Source: Candidatus Iainarchaeum sp.
Lineage (GTDB): Archaea > Iainarchaeota > Iainarchaeia > Iainarchaeales > GCA-2688035
Length of the DNA: 64,000 bases
Direction: 5' to 3'
Assembly: GCA_017610175.1 (NCBI GenBank)
Contig: JAFCCO010000005.1
Location: 284 to 64,283, forward strand
The notes beneath the pieces are model-generated. The model made no database searches. It was not told where the DNA came from and saw only the letters and a program-made list of their open reading frames with translations. Within the stretch, counting starts at the first letter, position 1, and each line of letters opens with the position of its first letter. Shown in pieces: positions 29,625 through 39,191 of this stretch. The translations under genes and the position numbers were made by a program.

Positions 29625-30490
29625 CCGTTGCGGCCCACGAGTTTGGGGTTAATTTTTCAAGGCGGCAGTACATGTTTTTTGCATTTGTCCTTCCGGCTCT
29701 TGTTGCATTGCTTTCAATTTTTACTTCTGTGGCCGCTCCGCCTGTCTTCTTTGAGATGGTTGGCAACATAAGCGCACAGCACTGGCTTTTCCTTGTGCCG
29801 TCGGTTATTGCAATTATTTTCAGCCTTTCAATTTTCCTTTCGGCAAATTATATGCTGCAGGGAATTGCCATTGAAAAGGAAAACAGGATAATGGAAGTTT
29901 TGCTTTCCTCAATTTCATTCCAGCAGCTTTTGGTCGGCAAGGTCCTTGGCCTTGGTTTGCTTGGGCTTATTCAGCTTTCCACCTGGACCCTCACGGGCTT
30001 TATCATGCTTTTCTTTTCAACCCCTGCCCTTGCAAGCTTTGCTTTCCAGTCAGTCTTTTCGATTGAAACAATTCTTCTGTACCTGATATTCTTTATACTT
30101 GGCTATCTCCTTTATGCGACAATTCTTGCGGCAATCGGGGCCGTAATGGAGACAAGGGGTGAGGCACAGCAAATCGGCTCGCTCTTAACGGTCTTTGCGT
30201 GGCTTCCAGTTTCAAACACAATGTTTTTGCAGACTTATGTGGGAAGTGTTCTTTCAGGAATTCTTACGGTAATCCCTTTCACCGCACCTGTTGCTGTAAT
30301 GATAAAGATTTTTACCGGAACCCTTACAATTTATGAGGCGGTTTTGAGCATAACTATTCTTGTAATAACAATTGCTGTAATTGTAATAATCACCTCCAGT
30401 ATTTTCAGGGTTGAATCAATTCTCTACGGCAAAAGGCTTTCATTAAAGCAGCTTCTTCGGGTCATTGCAAAAAACCCAAAACTTCGCTGA
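29609..30490 (+). CDS. ABC-2 type permease (YhaP/NatB-like)
   Basis: EKENRIMEVLLSS, GKVLG, multiple TM helices. Confidence 0.88.
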   Translation: MGKILTVAAHEFGVNFSRRQYMFFAFVLPALVALLSIFTSVAAPPVFFEMVGNISAQHWLFLVPSVIAIIFSLSIFLSANYMLQGIAIEKENRIMEVLLSSISFQQLLVGKVLGLGLLGLIQLSTWTLTGFIMLFFSTPALASFAFQSVFSIETILLYLIFFILGYLLYATILAAIGAVMETRGEAQQIGSLLTVFAWLPVSNTMFLQTYVGSVLSGILTVIPFTAPVAVMIKIFTGTLTIYEAVLSITILVITIAVIVIITSSIFRVESILYGKRLSLKQLLRVIAKNPKLR

Positions 30491-30562
30491 ATTATTTGGC
30501 AAAATTTGCCCAGTTTTGTTTAAACGCAAGCTTTTTATATAACCGCGACTTTAGATTATACT

Positions 30563-31369
30563 ATGGGGCATTCCATAGTTGCGCTGACATTTGTGCTGGC
30601 GATTCTGATTGAAATGGCTTTGCCTTTGCTTTTGGGCCTTTGGGCAAAGAAGAAATTTGGCATTTCCTGGAAAGTGTTTTTCCTGGGTGCGTTCTTTTTT
30701 TCAATCACGCAGCTTTTCCGCATCCCCGTGCTGTGGCTTATTCAGCCCGGAATTCAGGCTTTTATTACCTCGTTTTCGCTTGGAACAATGCTGTATGCTG
30801 CTGGTTATGCCCTGCTGCTTGGATTGATGGTTGGCTTGTTTGAGGAGCCGGTCCGTTACCTTGTTTTTACAAGGGTTTTCCAGTGCAAAAAAGTCAAGTG
30901 CTCCCGCGAGAATGCAATAATGTTTGGATTGGGTTGGGGTGGATTGCAGAGCATGCTGATTGCAGTAACCCTTATTTTTACGCTTTTTTCATACATCAGT
31001 GCAGTGCCTCTCACCAATCATGACATGTTTGAAATAAGGCGTGATTACGGCAACAACATGTCTGATGCAGAGGTTGATGAAATAAAGGAAATGAAGGAAC
31101 GCCTTTACAACACAGAGTCTGCTGACATAATTTTAAATGTTTTTGCCACAATTATGAATTTTGTGATGCAGGTTGTGTTCTGCGTACTGGTTTGCTTGTT
31201 TGTTTCAACAGGCAGAAAGGCTTACTTTGCGGCTGCATTTATGCTGCACTGGTTCTTTGAGTTCTGTTCCATTTTTATAATGACTGCGTTTGGCTTTTGT
31301 GTTTGTTGTGGGCTGATGCTGGTGATTGCTGCCGCGAGCGTTGTGTTTGTCTGGAAAAAGATTAAGTAG
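30563..31369 (+). CDS. YhfC-family glutamic-type intramembrane metalloprotease
   Basis: GLFEEPVR, FGLGWGG, C-terminal His, multi-TM. Confidence 0.75.
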   Translation: MGHSIVALTFVLAILIEMALPLLLGLWAKKKFGISWKVFFLGAFFFSITQLFRIPVLWLIQPGIQAFITSFSLGTMLYAAGYALLLGLMVGLFEEPVRYLVFTRVFQCKKVKCSRENAIMFGLGWGGLQSMLIAVTLIFTLFSYISAVPLTNHDMFEIRRDYGNNMSDAEVDEIKEMKERLYNTESADIILNVFATIMNFVMQVVFCVLVCLFVSTGRKAYFAAAFMLHWFFEFCSIFIMTAFGFCVCCGLMLVIAAASVVFVWKKIK

Positions 31370-32255
31370 TCAGTTCCAGCCCTGTTTTTTGGTTTAATCC
31401 AAACAGTAGGTTCAGGTTCTCCACTGCCTGTGATGCCGCGCCCTTCATCAAATTGTCCAATGCCGAAACAATTGTAACGTTCTTTCCGTGAACCTCAAAC
31501 CCTCCAACCAAACAGTTGGGTGTTTTTAACACCTGCTTTGTGGCCGGAGCGCTTTCACAAACACAGGTAAAGCTTCCCTTATAAAATTCCTCAAATTTTT
31601 CTTTAACTTCGGCCTGGCTCATTTCGCTTTTCAGCTTGATGTGTGCTGTGCACATTAGCCCGCGAAAAGCATTGACCACATGCGGCGTAAAGCAAAGTTC
31701 TGCATTCAGCACGTGCTGCATTTCATTCAAATGGTAGTGCTTAGCTATGTTGTATGCAATAATATTTTCCTCAAAATCGTATTTTGGGTTCTTTCCACCC
31801 CCGGAGTACCCGCTTATTCCGTCAAACACAGCATAATCAATTTCTTCCTTTAAGGGATAGCTTGCAAGAATGCATGCTGTGGCATAGCATCCTGGGTTTG
31901 CTACAAGCTTTGCTTCTGCAATCTCATCTTTGAACGCTTCAGGCAGGCCGTATGTGTGGGTCAGGCGATGGTCCGCGCTCAAATCAATGACTTTGCATTT
32001 TAGTTTTTTTGCAATCGGCTTTGCTTTTCCGTGCGGGACCGCCAGAAAAACAACATCCATTTGATTCATTTCGGCCGTGTCCGGCTTGCTGAATTCGAGA
32101 CCGCATTCAATCCCCTGAAATTTGTCTGAAACCTTTTTTCCGGCAAGCGAACCGCTTGTTGCCATTCCAAGCTCTACATTTTTGTGCTTTGCCAGAATAT
32201 TTAGCAGGTTTTCCCCAACATAGCCGGAAGCCCCTACGATTCCTGCTTTAATCAT
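31362..32255 (-). CDS. argC: N-acetyl-gamma-glutamyl-phosphate reductase
   Basis: GASGYVG, DLSADHR, ANPGCY and DNLMKGAASQA motifs. Confidence 0.95.
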   Translation of the reverse strand: MIKAGIVGASGYVGENLLNILAKHKNVELGMATSGSLAGKKVSDKFQGIECGLEFSKPDTAEMNQMDVVFLAVPHGKAKPIAKKLKCKVIDLSADHRLTHTYGLPEAFKDEIAEAKLVANPGCYATACILASYPLKEEIDYAVFDGISGYSGGGKNPKYDFEENIIAYNIAKHYHLNEMQHVLNAELCFTPHVVNAFRGLMCTAHIKLKSEMSQAEVKEKFEEFYKGSFTCVCESAPATKQVLKTPNCLVGGFEVHGKNVTIVSALDNLMKGAASQAVENLNLLFGLNQKTGLELTT

Positions 32256-33363
32256 TTTCAAGGATCCCTTTAATTATTTTTGTGCCCTGCAGAATTTCTT
32301 TCCCCCCAATTGAAAGCGGAGGCAGGAAGCGCAGCAAATTTCCATGCATTGGATTCACCAAAGCGCCTTTTTTGGCGCATTCTTTTGCAACCGAATTTGC
32401 GTCCCCCTCTATTTTGGCGGCAAGCATTAGCCCCTTGCCCCTTACTTCCTTAATTTTTCCAATCTTTTCCAGCTCTGCCACGAAAAGTTCGCCTTTTTTT
32501 CCAACTCCCGGCATTAGTTCCTCTATTATTTCAATTGTTTTGAGTGCAACAGCGCAGCACACGCTGTTTCCGCCAAAGGTTGAACCGTGGTCTCCTTTCT
32601 CAAAGTCAATTCCGTTTCCTGAGATTACCGCCCCCATTGGCAGGCCGTTTGCAATCCCCTTTGCAATCGCAACTATGTTGGGCTTTACGCTTTCGTGCTG
32701 GAAGCAGAAGAATTTTCCTGTTCGCCCGTTCCCGCTTTGAATTTCATCCAGTACCAAAAGGGCTTCATTTTCCTTGCATATTTTTTCAACCTGCTTCAAA
32801 TAGCCCTTTGGCGGCACAATTATTCCCGCCTCTCCCTGGATTGGCTCAAGCAAAACCGCGGCCGTTTCCTTTCCAATCTTTTCAGCCAGCGCGTTCGCAT
32901 TTCCAAATTCCACGTGTTCAAATCCTGGGACAAGCGGCTTGAATTTTTCCTTGTACTTTGGATTCCATGTTGCGGAAAGCGCGCCCAATGTTCTTCCGTG
33001 GAATCCGTTTTTCATCGCAATTATTTTTTGCTTGCCTGTGTGTTTCTTCGCAAGCTTTATTGCCCCCTCCACTGCCTCTGTTCCTGAGTTGCAGAAAAAT
33101 ACTTTCTCCAGCCCTGAAAGTGATGCAAGTTTTTCAGCAAGCTTTACCTCGTGCTCTGAGTGAAAGTAGTTGCTTGGGTTGATTATCTTGCTTGCCTGGC
33201 TTGCAACAGTTTTTACAATTTCTGCGTTTCCGTGGCCGACCGAACAGGTTGCTATTCCTCCAATCAGGTCAAGGTATTTTTTTCCGCTTGAATCAAACAC
33301 ATTGCAGCCCTTTCCGTATTCAAGGGTGATTTCCTTTGCATAGCAGTTCATCAGGTTGTTCAT
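32248..33363 (-). CDS. argD: Acetylornithine aminotransferase
   Basis: NSGTEA, FHGRT, EPIQGE, DEIQSG, AKGIANG and HGSTFGGN motifs. Confidence 0.93.
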   Translation of the reverse strand: MNNLMNCYAKEITLEYGKGCNVFDSSGKKYLDLIGGIATCSVGHGNAEIVKTVASQASKIINPSNYFHSEHEVKLAEKLASLSGLEKVFFCNSGTEAVEGAIKLAKKHTGKQKIIAMKNGFHGRTLGALSATWNPKYKEKFKPLVPGFEHVEFGNANALAEKIGKETAAVLLEPIQGEAGIIVPPKGYLKQVEKICKENEALLVLDEIQSGNGRTGKFFCFQHESVKPNIVAIAKGIANGLPMGAVISGNGIDFEKGDHGSTFGGNSVCCAVALKTIEIIEELMPGVGKKGELFVAELEKIGKIKEVRGKGLMLAAKIEGDANSVAKECAKKGALVNPMHGNLLRFLPPLSIGGKEILQGTKIIKGILEND

Positions 33364-34610
33364 TTTTTCACCTGCAGTGTTTCCTTCAATGCCGCCGCGC
33401 ATTCAACTGCGCCAAGCACTTTTTTTTCACCAATCCCTTTCCAGTAAATGTTCCACTCTTCCTTTTTCATCATTCCGTCGCATTTCTCGGCATAAAACTT
33501 GTTCACTTCGTTTTCGGTTTTTGCTCTCCAAACAAAGCTTTTGTATTTTTTTTCAAGCTCGTCCCAAAGGCTTGTTCCAAGCCCTGTTCCCTGGCAGTGT
33601 TTTGCGACCGCAAATTTGTCAAGGTAGTTTAGGCCGTTTAGTTCCTTTATTACCGCAACACCCTCAAACCCTGTGTGAAAAAGCACTTCCTTAATTCCTG
33701 AATCAAAGTACCCGTCCACCAGCTTTTTTCCAAACGAGTTTTCAATCAGCTGCTCAAGCTTCTTCTTTTCTTCCCCGCCTGCATTTGCGGTTGATTTGAT
33801 TTCATAATTTTTGATGAATGTTCCGCTTCCCTTAATTGTGAAGATTTCTTTGAGAAGATTTTCTGCGGAGGTGATAACCACTGCGCAGTCTGTTCCGCTT
33901 TCCAAAAATTCTTTCACTTCCTTTATCTTGACAAGCATTCCACCTGAAACAAAATCAGGTGCTTCATTTGGGTGTGTGTTTAGGAATGGCAGTATTTCCC
34001 CTTTTTCATCCAGTATCCCGCCCGTTTCAGTAAGCAGGATAAACTTTTTTGCCTCAATTGCCTTCACCAGTTCTTTTGCCGCGGTGTCTGCGTTAATGTT
34101 TACTTTTCCGCATTCTGCTTTTCCAATCGGGCTGATTATGGGTGTTGCGTTTTTTGCAAAAACATTCTCAATCTTGTTGAGCTCAACTTGTTCTATTTTT
34201 CCCACGCGCCCGTATTTTTCAAGTGCCTTGCATTTGAATACAGGGCCGACTTTCTCAGCCTTTCCGCCCTTAAGGCATATTTTTTCCGCAAGTGTTCCTG
34301 CAATTTCCGCAAACACGCTTTCAATGACTTTCATGTCCTCTGCACTGGTTACTCTTATCCCATCAATTTTGTTTGCGCCTCCAAGTGCCTTGTTTAGCAT
34401 TGGGCCTGCACCGTGAACTATTGCGGGAAAGATTCCCATCTTGTTCAGGAATGCAATGTCCTCTGCGATAAGGTCAATGTGCGCTTTAAGTGTTTTCCCC
34501 CCGGCCTTTACAACTGCAAACTTGTCCTTTGGCATGTTTTTGTAAAGTTTCAGGAAAAGCTTGAATTCTTTTGTGCCTGTTTTTTCCATGAATTTGACTA
34601 TTGTTTCCAT
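33360..34610 (-). CDS. argB: Acetylglutamate kinase fused to a DUF619/GNAT domain (bifunctional NAGS/K type)
   Basis: VKAGG, HGAGP, NINAD and GGM kinase motifs; C-terminal YLDKFAV..QGTGLG..WR..N NAT signature. Confidence 0.88.
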   Translation of the reverse strand: METIVKFMEKTGTKEFKLFLKLYKNMPKDKFAVVKAGGKTLKAHIDLIAEDIAFLNKMGIFPAIVHGAGPMLNKALGGANKIDGIRVTSAEDMKVIESVFAEIAGTLAEKICLKGGKAEKVGPVFKCKALEKYGRVGKIEQVELNKIENVFAKNATPIISPIGKAECGKVNINADTAAKELVKAIEAKKFILLTETGGILDEKGEILPFLNTHPNEAPDFVSGGMLVKIKEVKEFLESGTDCAVVITSAENLLKEIFTIKGSGTFIKNYEIKSTANAGGEEKKKLEQLIENSFGKKLVDGYFDSGIKEVLFHTGFEGVAVIKELNGLNYLDKFAVAKHCQGTGLGTSLWDELEKKYKSFVWRAKTENEVNKFYAEKCDGMMKKEEWNIYWKGIGEKKVLGAVECAAALKETLQVKK

Positions 34611-34669
34611 TAAGCCCACCTTTTTTCTCTACATAAGTGCTGTTCTGCAGCTTTAAATGCCTTACGACC

Positions 34670-34724
34670 GAAATGGAACAAATTATACTTATTTGTCTGA
34701 AATGAAACAAAGGCTTTTATTTGT
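34670..34724. promoter_or_regulatory. Tandem quasi-palindromic operator-like repeats between argB and the divergent ACT gene
   Basis: GAAATG(G/A)AACAAA-N5/6-TTATTTGT at 34670-34696 and 34699-34724. Confidence 0.55.
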
Positions 34725-34751
34725 TGCCCTGCATTACTTTTTTGATTCAAA

Positions 34752-35375
34752 ATGCCTTCAACAGCCGAACTCACCGAAAAGTTCATTTCAGAGCATCCCG
34801 CAATCAAGGACTGCCTCAAAAAGGGTCTGATTAATTACTCGGCCCTCTCCCGCTTTATTGCGGCTGAGTTGCCTAAAGGAACATCATCAGAAGCCGTTGC
34901 AATTGCCGCAATTCGTTTCCGTGACGGCATCAAGGACGAAAAGCGCGACCGTGAAATAAGCTCTCTTTTTCGCAGAAGCAATCTTGAGGTCAAGAACAAT
35001 ATCATGCGCTTTACAATTGCCAAGCACATTTACCCCGACTCGCTTATCGATATCGAGCGCGAGGTCAAAAAGCACCGCTGGCTTTTCTTTGCAATTGAGG
35101 GAACCGAGACAATCACCTTGCTTGTCCAAAAGCAGTCCGCTCCCCTGATTCAGAAACGCCTTAAGTCATTTATTGTAAGCACAAAGAAAGACCTTTCATT
35201 AATCACCTTCACAAGCACCGGCATTCAGGAAACCGAGGGGGCTGTTGCTTACCTCACAGGCCTCTTTTTCGAGAACGGAATTAATATTGAGGAATTCATG
35301 TCCTGCTATGATGACACGCTGATTGTAATCAAGTCATCCAATGTGCCGCGTGCAATGACCTTCCTTAGCTTTTAG
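34752..35375 (+). CDS. ACT-domain protein, putative amino-acid-responsive regulator
   Basis: N-terminal DCLKKGLINYSALSR segment; C-terminal ACT (GINIEEFMSCYDD); divergent from arg genes. Confidence 0.75.
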   Translation: MPSTAELTEKFISEHPAIKDCLKKGLINYSALSRFIAAELPKGTSSEAVAIAAIRFRDGIKDEKRDREISSLFRRSNLEVKNNIMRFTIAKHIYPDSLIDIEREVKKHRWLFFAIEGTETITLLVQKQSAPLIQKRLKSFIVSTKKDLSLITFTSTGIQETEGAVAYLTGLFFENGINIEEFMSCYDDTLIVIKSSNVPRAMTFLSF

Positions 35376-35725
35376 GCAACGATTTTTGCAACAACACCTG
35401 CTGAAACCAGCAGAACCAGAATTATTGCAAAGTGATGAGCCCTCAAATAGAACTCAACCCTGTATTCCATATTGTGCAGCCACAAAGCAAAGTTTCTTAG
35501 CGCAAGCACAAAGTTAATTGCCGGCCCGAAAACGTAGAGAAAAACCGTAAGCATGAATGAGGCGTAAACAATTCCCTCGTATGCAACCCTGTTGTCGGTT
35601 CTTACAACCTCTGCGGGGAGGTATTCTGCGAGAACCACAAGCATTAGGTATGTTCGCAAAGTAAAGGTGTCGACCTTTTCACCCCACCATCTTCCTAAAC
35701 TATGCTTTACGCTGCGCTCTAACAT
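35372..35725 (-). CDS. Hypothetical membrane protein
   Basis: 117 aa, about 3 hydrophobic segments, AAGG upstream. Confidence 0.6.
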   Translation of the reverse strand: MLERSVKHSLGRWWGEKVDTFTLRTYLMLVVLAEYLPAEVVRTDNRVAYEGIVYASFMLTVFLYVFGPAINFVLALRNFALWLHNMEYRVEFYLRAHHFAIILVLLVSAGVVAKIVA

Positions 35726-35874
35726 TCCTTTTCACCACTCCAAAAATATTTTTTTCCCAAAAATCAGCAAATTTCTGTTGGGAGTATCTTTGAAAGAAAA
35801 AAAGGTTTAAATAGCTTTGCCAACGTTTTGCCATTTGCCCCAAGTTTTTTATTCTGCAGTGCCCTATTTATAAC

Positions 35875-36531
35875 ATGGTGAGAATAGCATCGTTGGGTGT
35901 TGCTCCGGGTTTGCCGACTTCAAGCAAGTGGAAATCAGCCCTCTTTGACCCGTCCACCGTGCTGCTTCTTTTCTCAAACCTTTCAACAATTTTCTTTGCG
36001 GTAACCCTTGGCTGGAGCCTCTTAACACTAATGTGGATTTACTGGATTCAAAGCGTAATTATTGGAATATTCAACTTCTTCAGAATTCTTTCACTCAAGG
36101 ATTTTTCAACCAAGGGCTTTTACATTGGCGGGCGCCCTGTTTCATCAACAGCCTCATCAAAGGTAATAACTGCAGTATTCTTTGCATTCCACTATGGTTT
36201 CTTCCACTTTGGCTACATGATTTTTTTACTTGCATTCAGTTTTGCGGGTTCCGAGATTGGGCTTGGGGCATTCAACTTTTCCGACATGGGTTACGTGGCG
36301 TTTGTTGCGGCACTCTTTTTTGCAAACCACCTGTTTTCGTTTTTGCACAATCTTTCCCGCGACCAGAAAAAACAGAACATCGGGCGGTTAATGATGTTTC
36401 CGTACTTTCGCATTGTCCCAATGCATCTTACAATAATTTTTGGATTGATGCTTGGCCCGGCAGCAATAATTCTGTTCCTTTTGCTGAAGACGGGTTCAGA
36501 CCTTGGGATGCACCTTGTTGAGCACTCCTAA
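35875..36531 (+). CDS. Integral membrane protein (DUF6498-like)
   Basis: YWIQSVIIG, FFAFHYGFF and PYFRIVPMHLTII motifs. Confidence 0.75.
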   Translation: MVRIASLGVAPGLPTSSKWKSALFDPSTVLLLFSNLSTIFFAVTLGWSLLTLMWIYWIQSVIIGIFNFFRILSLKDFSTKGFYIGGRPVSSTASSKVITAVFFAFHYGFFHFGYMIFLLAFSFAGSEIGLGAFNFSDMGYVAFVAALFFANHLFSFLHNLSRDQKKQNIGRLMMFPYFRIVPMHLTIIFGLMLGPAAIILFLLLKTGSDLGMHLVEHS

Positions 36532-37181
36532 TTGCCTTTTATGGGAAACACTATGTTCAAATAGCTTGCGCGAATTGTGTGGTCCATATGGTTGAACTTG
36601 TCAATTTCTTTTCCGAGCAATTCGTTTACAATTAGTGTATTGTAAAGGTTTGCCGCCGCAAGAAGCTCACGCCTTCTTGGCGCAAGTGACAGGGGCACTG
36701 TTTTGATTCCCGCCTTGCCCTGGTTCTCAAGGGTTCTTGTAATGTCAGCCAACTCCTCCCCAATTTTTTTCCTTCTGCTTTTTTTCGCATTGCCCATAAG
36801 CAAGTCGGTGTAATCCAGAAGCTGTTTCTTCAAATCCATGAATACCTTGGCGGCTTCAGTGGTTTCAACCCGCCTGTTTGAATTTGTTAGCCTCAGAAGC
36901 TTTTTGACCCTGATTCTTTTTGCAAGAAGCTGCTTGAGCCTTTTTTTGGTCAGCGTATTGAGGCTAAGCGAGTCCACAATAAGGCCGTTCATTTCAATAA
37001 TCATTGACGCCCTTGAGGGTTTTTTCTTGGTTTTCACAATCCGCTCTGCCGCATGGCCCCTAAGCGCCCTAATTAGTGGGCTGGGCCCAAAGTAAGTGGT
37101 TTGGCTGCGCACTTCGGTTACGGGGATTTTTCTTGGCGTGCCGCCCCTGCCCCCGCTTTTTCCCGGCTTCTTTGGTTTCAT
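36528..37181 (-). CDS. Basic hypothetical protein
   Basis: MKPKKPGKSGGRGGTPRK N-terminus; GGAGA RBS. Confidence 0.7.
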   Translation of the reverse strand: MKPKKPGKSGGRGGTPRKIPVTEVRSQTTYFGPSPLIRALRGHAAERIVKTKKKPSRASMIIEMNGLIVDSLSLNTLTKKRLKQLLAKRIRVKKLLRLTNSNRRVETTEAAKVFMDLKKQLLDYTDLLMGNAKKSRRKKIGEELADITRTLENQGKAGIKTVPLSLAPRRRELLAAANLYNTLIVNELLGKEIDKFNHMDHTIRASYLNIVFPIKGN

Positions 37182-37276
37182 TCAATCTCCAAATAAGTTC
37201 TTGTGTTTTGGGTAATTTATTTGTTTCGCATTCCTTTTCGCAACTCTTTTTAAGCACTTAAGCCATTCTTTTTTTC

Positions 37277-37639
37277 ATGGCTGACTTCTTTGAGCACTCA
37301 AAGGCCTATGCTATGAGGCCGATGCAGATTCTTTCCGAACTTGAAACCGGCCTGAACGGCTGGCGCAGAATTCATCACGACGTTTCAGACAACTTAACAG
37401 TTCTCGTTTACCTAACCGGGATGTTTAGCGGGGCAGGATTCCTTGGCCTGTTTTCACACGGGGCAAGAAAGTCCCTTGTTTTAATCAAAATTGAAAAGCT
37501 TGACGACGAGCACTCACGCGTTTACTCTGTTGCAGGCGGAACCGAAACACTTTGGGGCTTTGACTTTGGCAGGCACAGAAGAAACGTAATGCACGTTTTC
37601 AACACCCTTGATTCAAGACGCGGCTATTCAGGGATTTAA
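37277..37639 (+). CDS. Hypothetical protein
   Basis: 120-aa ORF with a TATA-like box upstream. Confidence 0.6.
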   Translation: MADFFEHSKAYAMRPMQILSELETGLNGWRRIHHDVSDNLTVLVYLTGMFSGAGFLGLFSHGARKSLVLIKIEKLDDEHSRVYSVAGGTETLWGFDFGRHRRNVMHVFNTLDSRRGYSGI

Positions 37640-37671
37640 CTTCTTTTTGCATCCCGATTCATTTGATTGAA

Positions 37672-38106
37672 ATGGATTTTAAAATTCGCCCAGCAACCGA
37701 GCAGGATCTTGCAGACTGTGCCCAAATTCTTTTGGACGAGTTTGGGAAGTTTGACAGGGAGTGGACCGCTGAAAAAGCAAACGAAGTGATTGGGGATCTT
37801 TTTGAGCGAAACAGGGGGCTGAATTTCTGCCTTGAACTTGACGGCAGAATAATTGGTGTTCTTTTCTGTTACGCCCACAAATATGTTAAGGGCAAGTATT
37901 TGAGGGTAATGGAATTTGCAGTTTCCTCCGAGTTTCAGGGCAAAGGGTTTGGCCTCAGGGCACTTGAGTTTATTGAAGAGTTTGCAAGGAAAAACGATTT
38001 CGTTGCCCTCACACTTGACTCCCACGCAAAGCGACCTGCACTCAACTTCTACAAAAAGTTCGGCTTCAAGGAAACCGGATGGGTTTGCCTGGAAAAGGAA
38101 CTCTAG
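37672..38106 (+). CDS. GNAT-family N-acetyltransferase
   Basis: IRPATEQD, V..EFQGKGFG and ALNFYKKFGF motifs. Confidence 0.9.
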   Translation: MDFKIRPATEQDLADCAQILLDEFGKFDREWTAEKANEVIGDLFERNRGLNFCLELDGRIIGVLFCYAHKYVKGKYLRVMEFAVSSEFQGKGFGLRALEFIEEFARKNDFVALTLDSHAKRPALNFYKKFGFKETGWVCLEKEL

Positions 38107-38182
38107 CGTTGCTCCCGGGCAGGCAGTCTGAAATTCAATTTCAGCCAAATGATTTAAATTGATTGGCTGCCAATTAATTATT

Positions 38183-38560
38183 ATGGCTGAAAGCATTCCT
38201 GATGAAATTACTCCCCTTAAGGGGATTAGGGAGAAGGATGTTCCAGTGGCAAAAATTAATGCATGCCTTGCGGATATTGAGCCAGGCTGCACTAATTTGA
38301 GCGCATTTGCAAGGCTTGGGGGCCTTTTTGGGTATCCTCTTGCGGCAAAGGCATATGAGCACGCTTACAGCCTTACCCAGCATGTGAATAATTACTTTCG
38401 CAACAACAGGCACTTTGAAAGGTTTAACGCAAACCAGTTGGGCCACGTTGTTTTTTTTGTTTCAAGAATAAACCGTTTTGAGGGTGAGGCCCCCACTGCA
38501 AAGGAGTTCGCTTTCCTCAACGAGCTTGTTACCGCGATGAAGAAAAAAATCGGGCAGTAA
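38183..38560 (+). CDS. Hypothetical protein
   Basis: ORF preceded by TTTAAA about 25 nt upstream. Confidence 0.55.
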   Translation: MAESIPDEITPLKGIREKDVPVAKINACLADIEPGCTNLSAFARLGGLFGYPLAAKAYEHAYSLTQHVNNYFRNNRHFERFNANQLGHVVFFVSRINRFEGEAPTAKEFAFLNELVTAMKKKIGQ

Positions 38561-38601
38561 TTGGCGGTTTGTTAATAATATTTCCGTTTCTCTTTCTTTG
38601 T

Positions 38602-39147
38602 ATGGTTCTTGTTCTTGAAGAAAAAGTCAAGTCCGATTTTCAGGGGACAATAATTGACATTGAAACAATTGGGGACTTTAACCGAAATTTTTCTGATTCA
38701 AGGCAGTATGCGCAGATTGCCCCGGTCATTTTTGGATTCATTGACTGCAATGGATTGAAAATTTATTGCGCCAGAAGCATTCCCTCCGTTGAAAAGCTTC
38801 GCTCGAAAACAAGGGACCTTTTGTTGGCGCTTGAGAAACCGTTTTATGCATTCAACTCCCACTTTGAGAAAGGGGTTCTGTTTCACAATTTGGGTGAAAG
38901 GGTTGAGTTTGAGCGCGAGCTCAACAGCAAAAAGTTTGAGGCAAAGAAGCGTGCCGTTAAAGAGCTTGATATCCAGCAGTACGATGACCCGTTCAACGAC
39001 AACGGCTTGCTCTGCAAGTACGCGTGGGAGAAAGGGAATTTGGGTGACGCTATGGCCCACAACCGCGCATGTCTCCTGAAGGAAAAGGACATTTTGCTCA
39101 AGCGCGGTTTTAGGGAGCCCGAACCGCTTGAACTTGTTGGCAAGTAA
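38602..39147 (+). CDS. RNase H-like / DEDD exonuclease-fold protein
   Basis: IIDIET, YAFN..FE and HN motifs. Confidence 0.6.
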   Translation: MVLVLEEKVKSDFQGTIIDIETIGDFNRNFSDSRQYAQIAPVIFGFIDCNGLKIYCARSIPSVEKLRSKTRDLLLALEKPFYAFNSHFEKGVLFHNLGERVEFERELNSKKFEAKKRAVKELDIQQYDDPFNDNGLLCKYAWEKGNLGDAMAHNRACLLKEKDILLKRGFREPEPLELVGK

Positions 39148-39191
39148 TTCTTTGCAAATACTTTTTAATCTGATTTCAATCTAGTTCTGCC

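Noticed and set aside
34629-34634. ATG-TAG minigene upstream of argB (minus strand) as an arginine leader
   Set aside because: No Arg codons, and it lies at about the predicted transcription start; no Arg-rich ORF found in the spacer.
37636-38292. Long antisense or alternate-frame ORFs (for example 37636-38292, 44097-44816, 26556-27269, 62172-62705)
   Set aside because: Shadows of well-supported genes on the other strand; no motifs.
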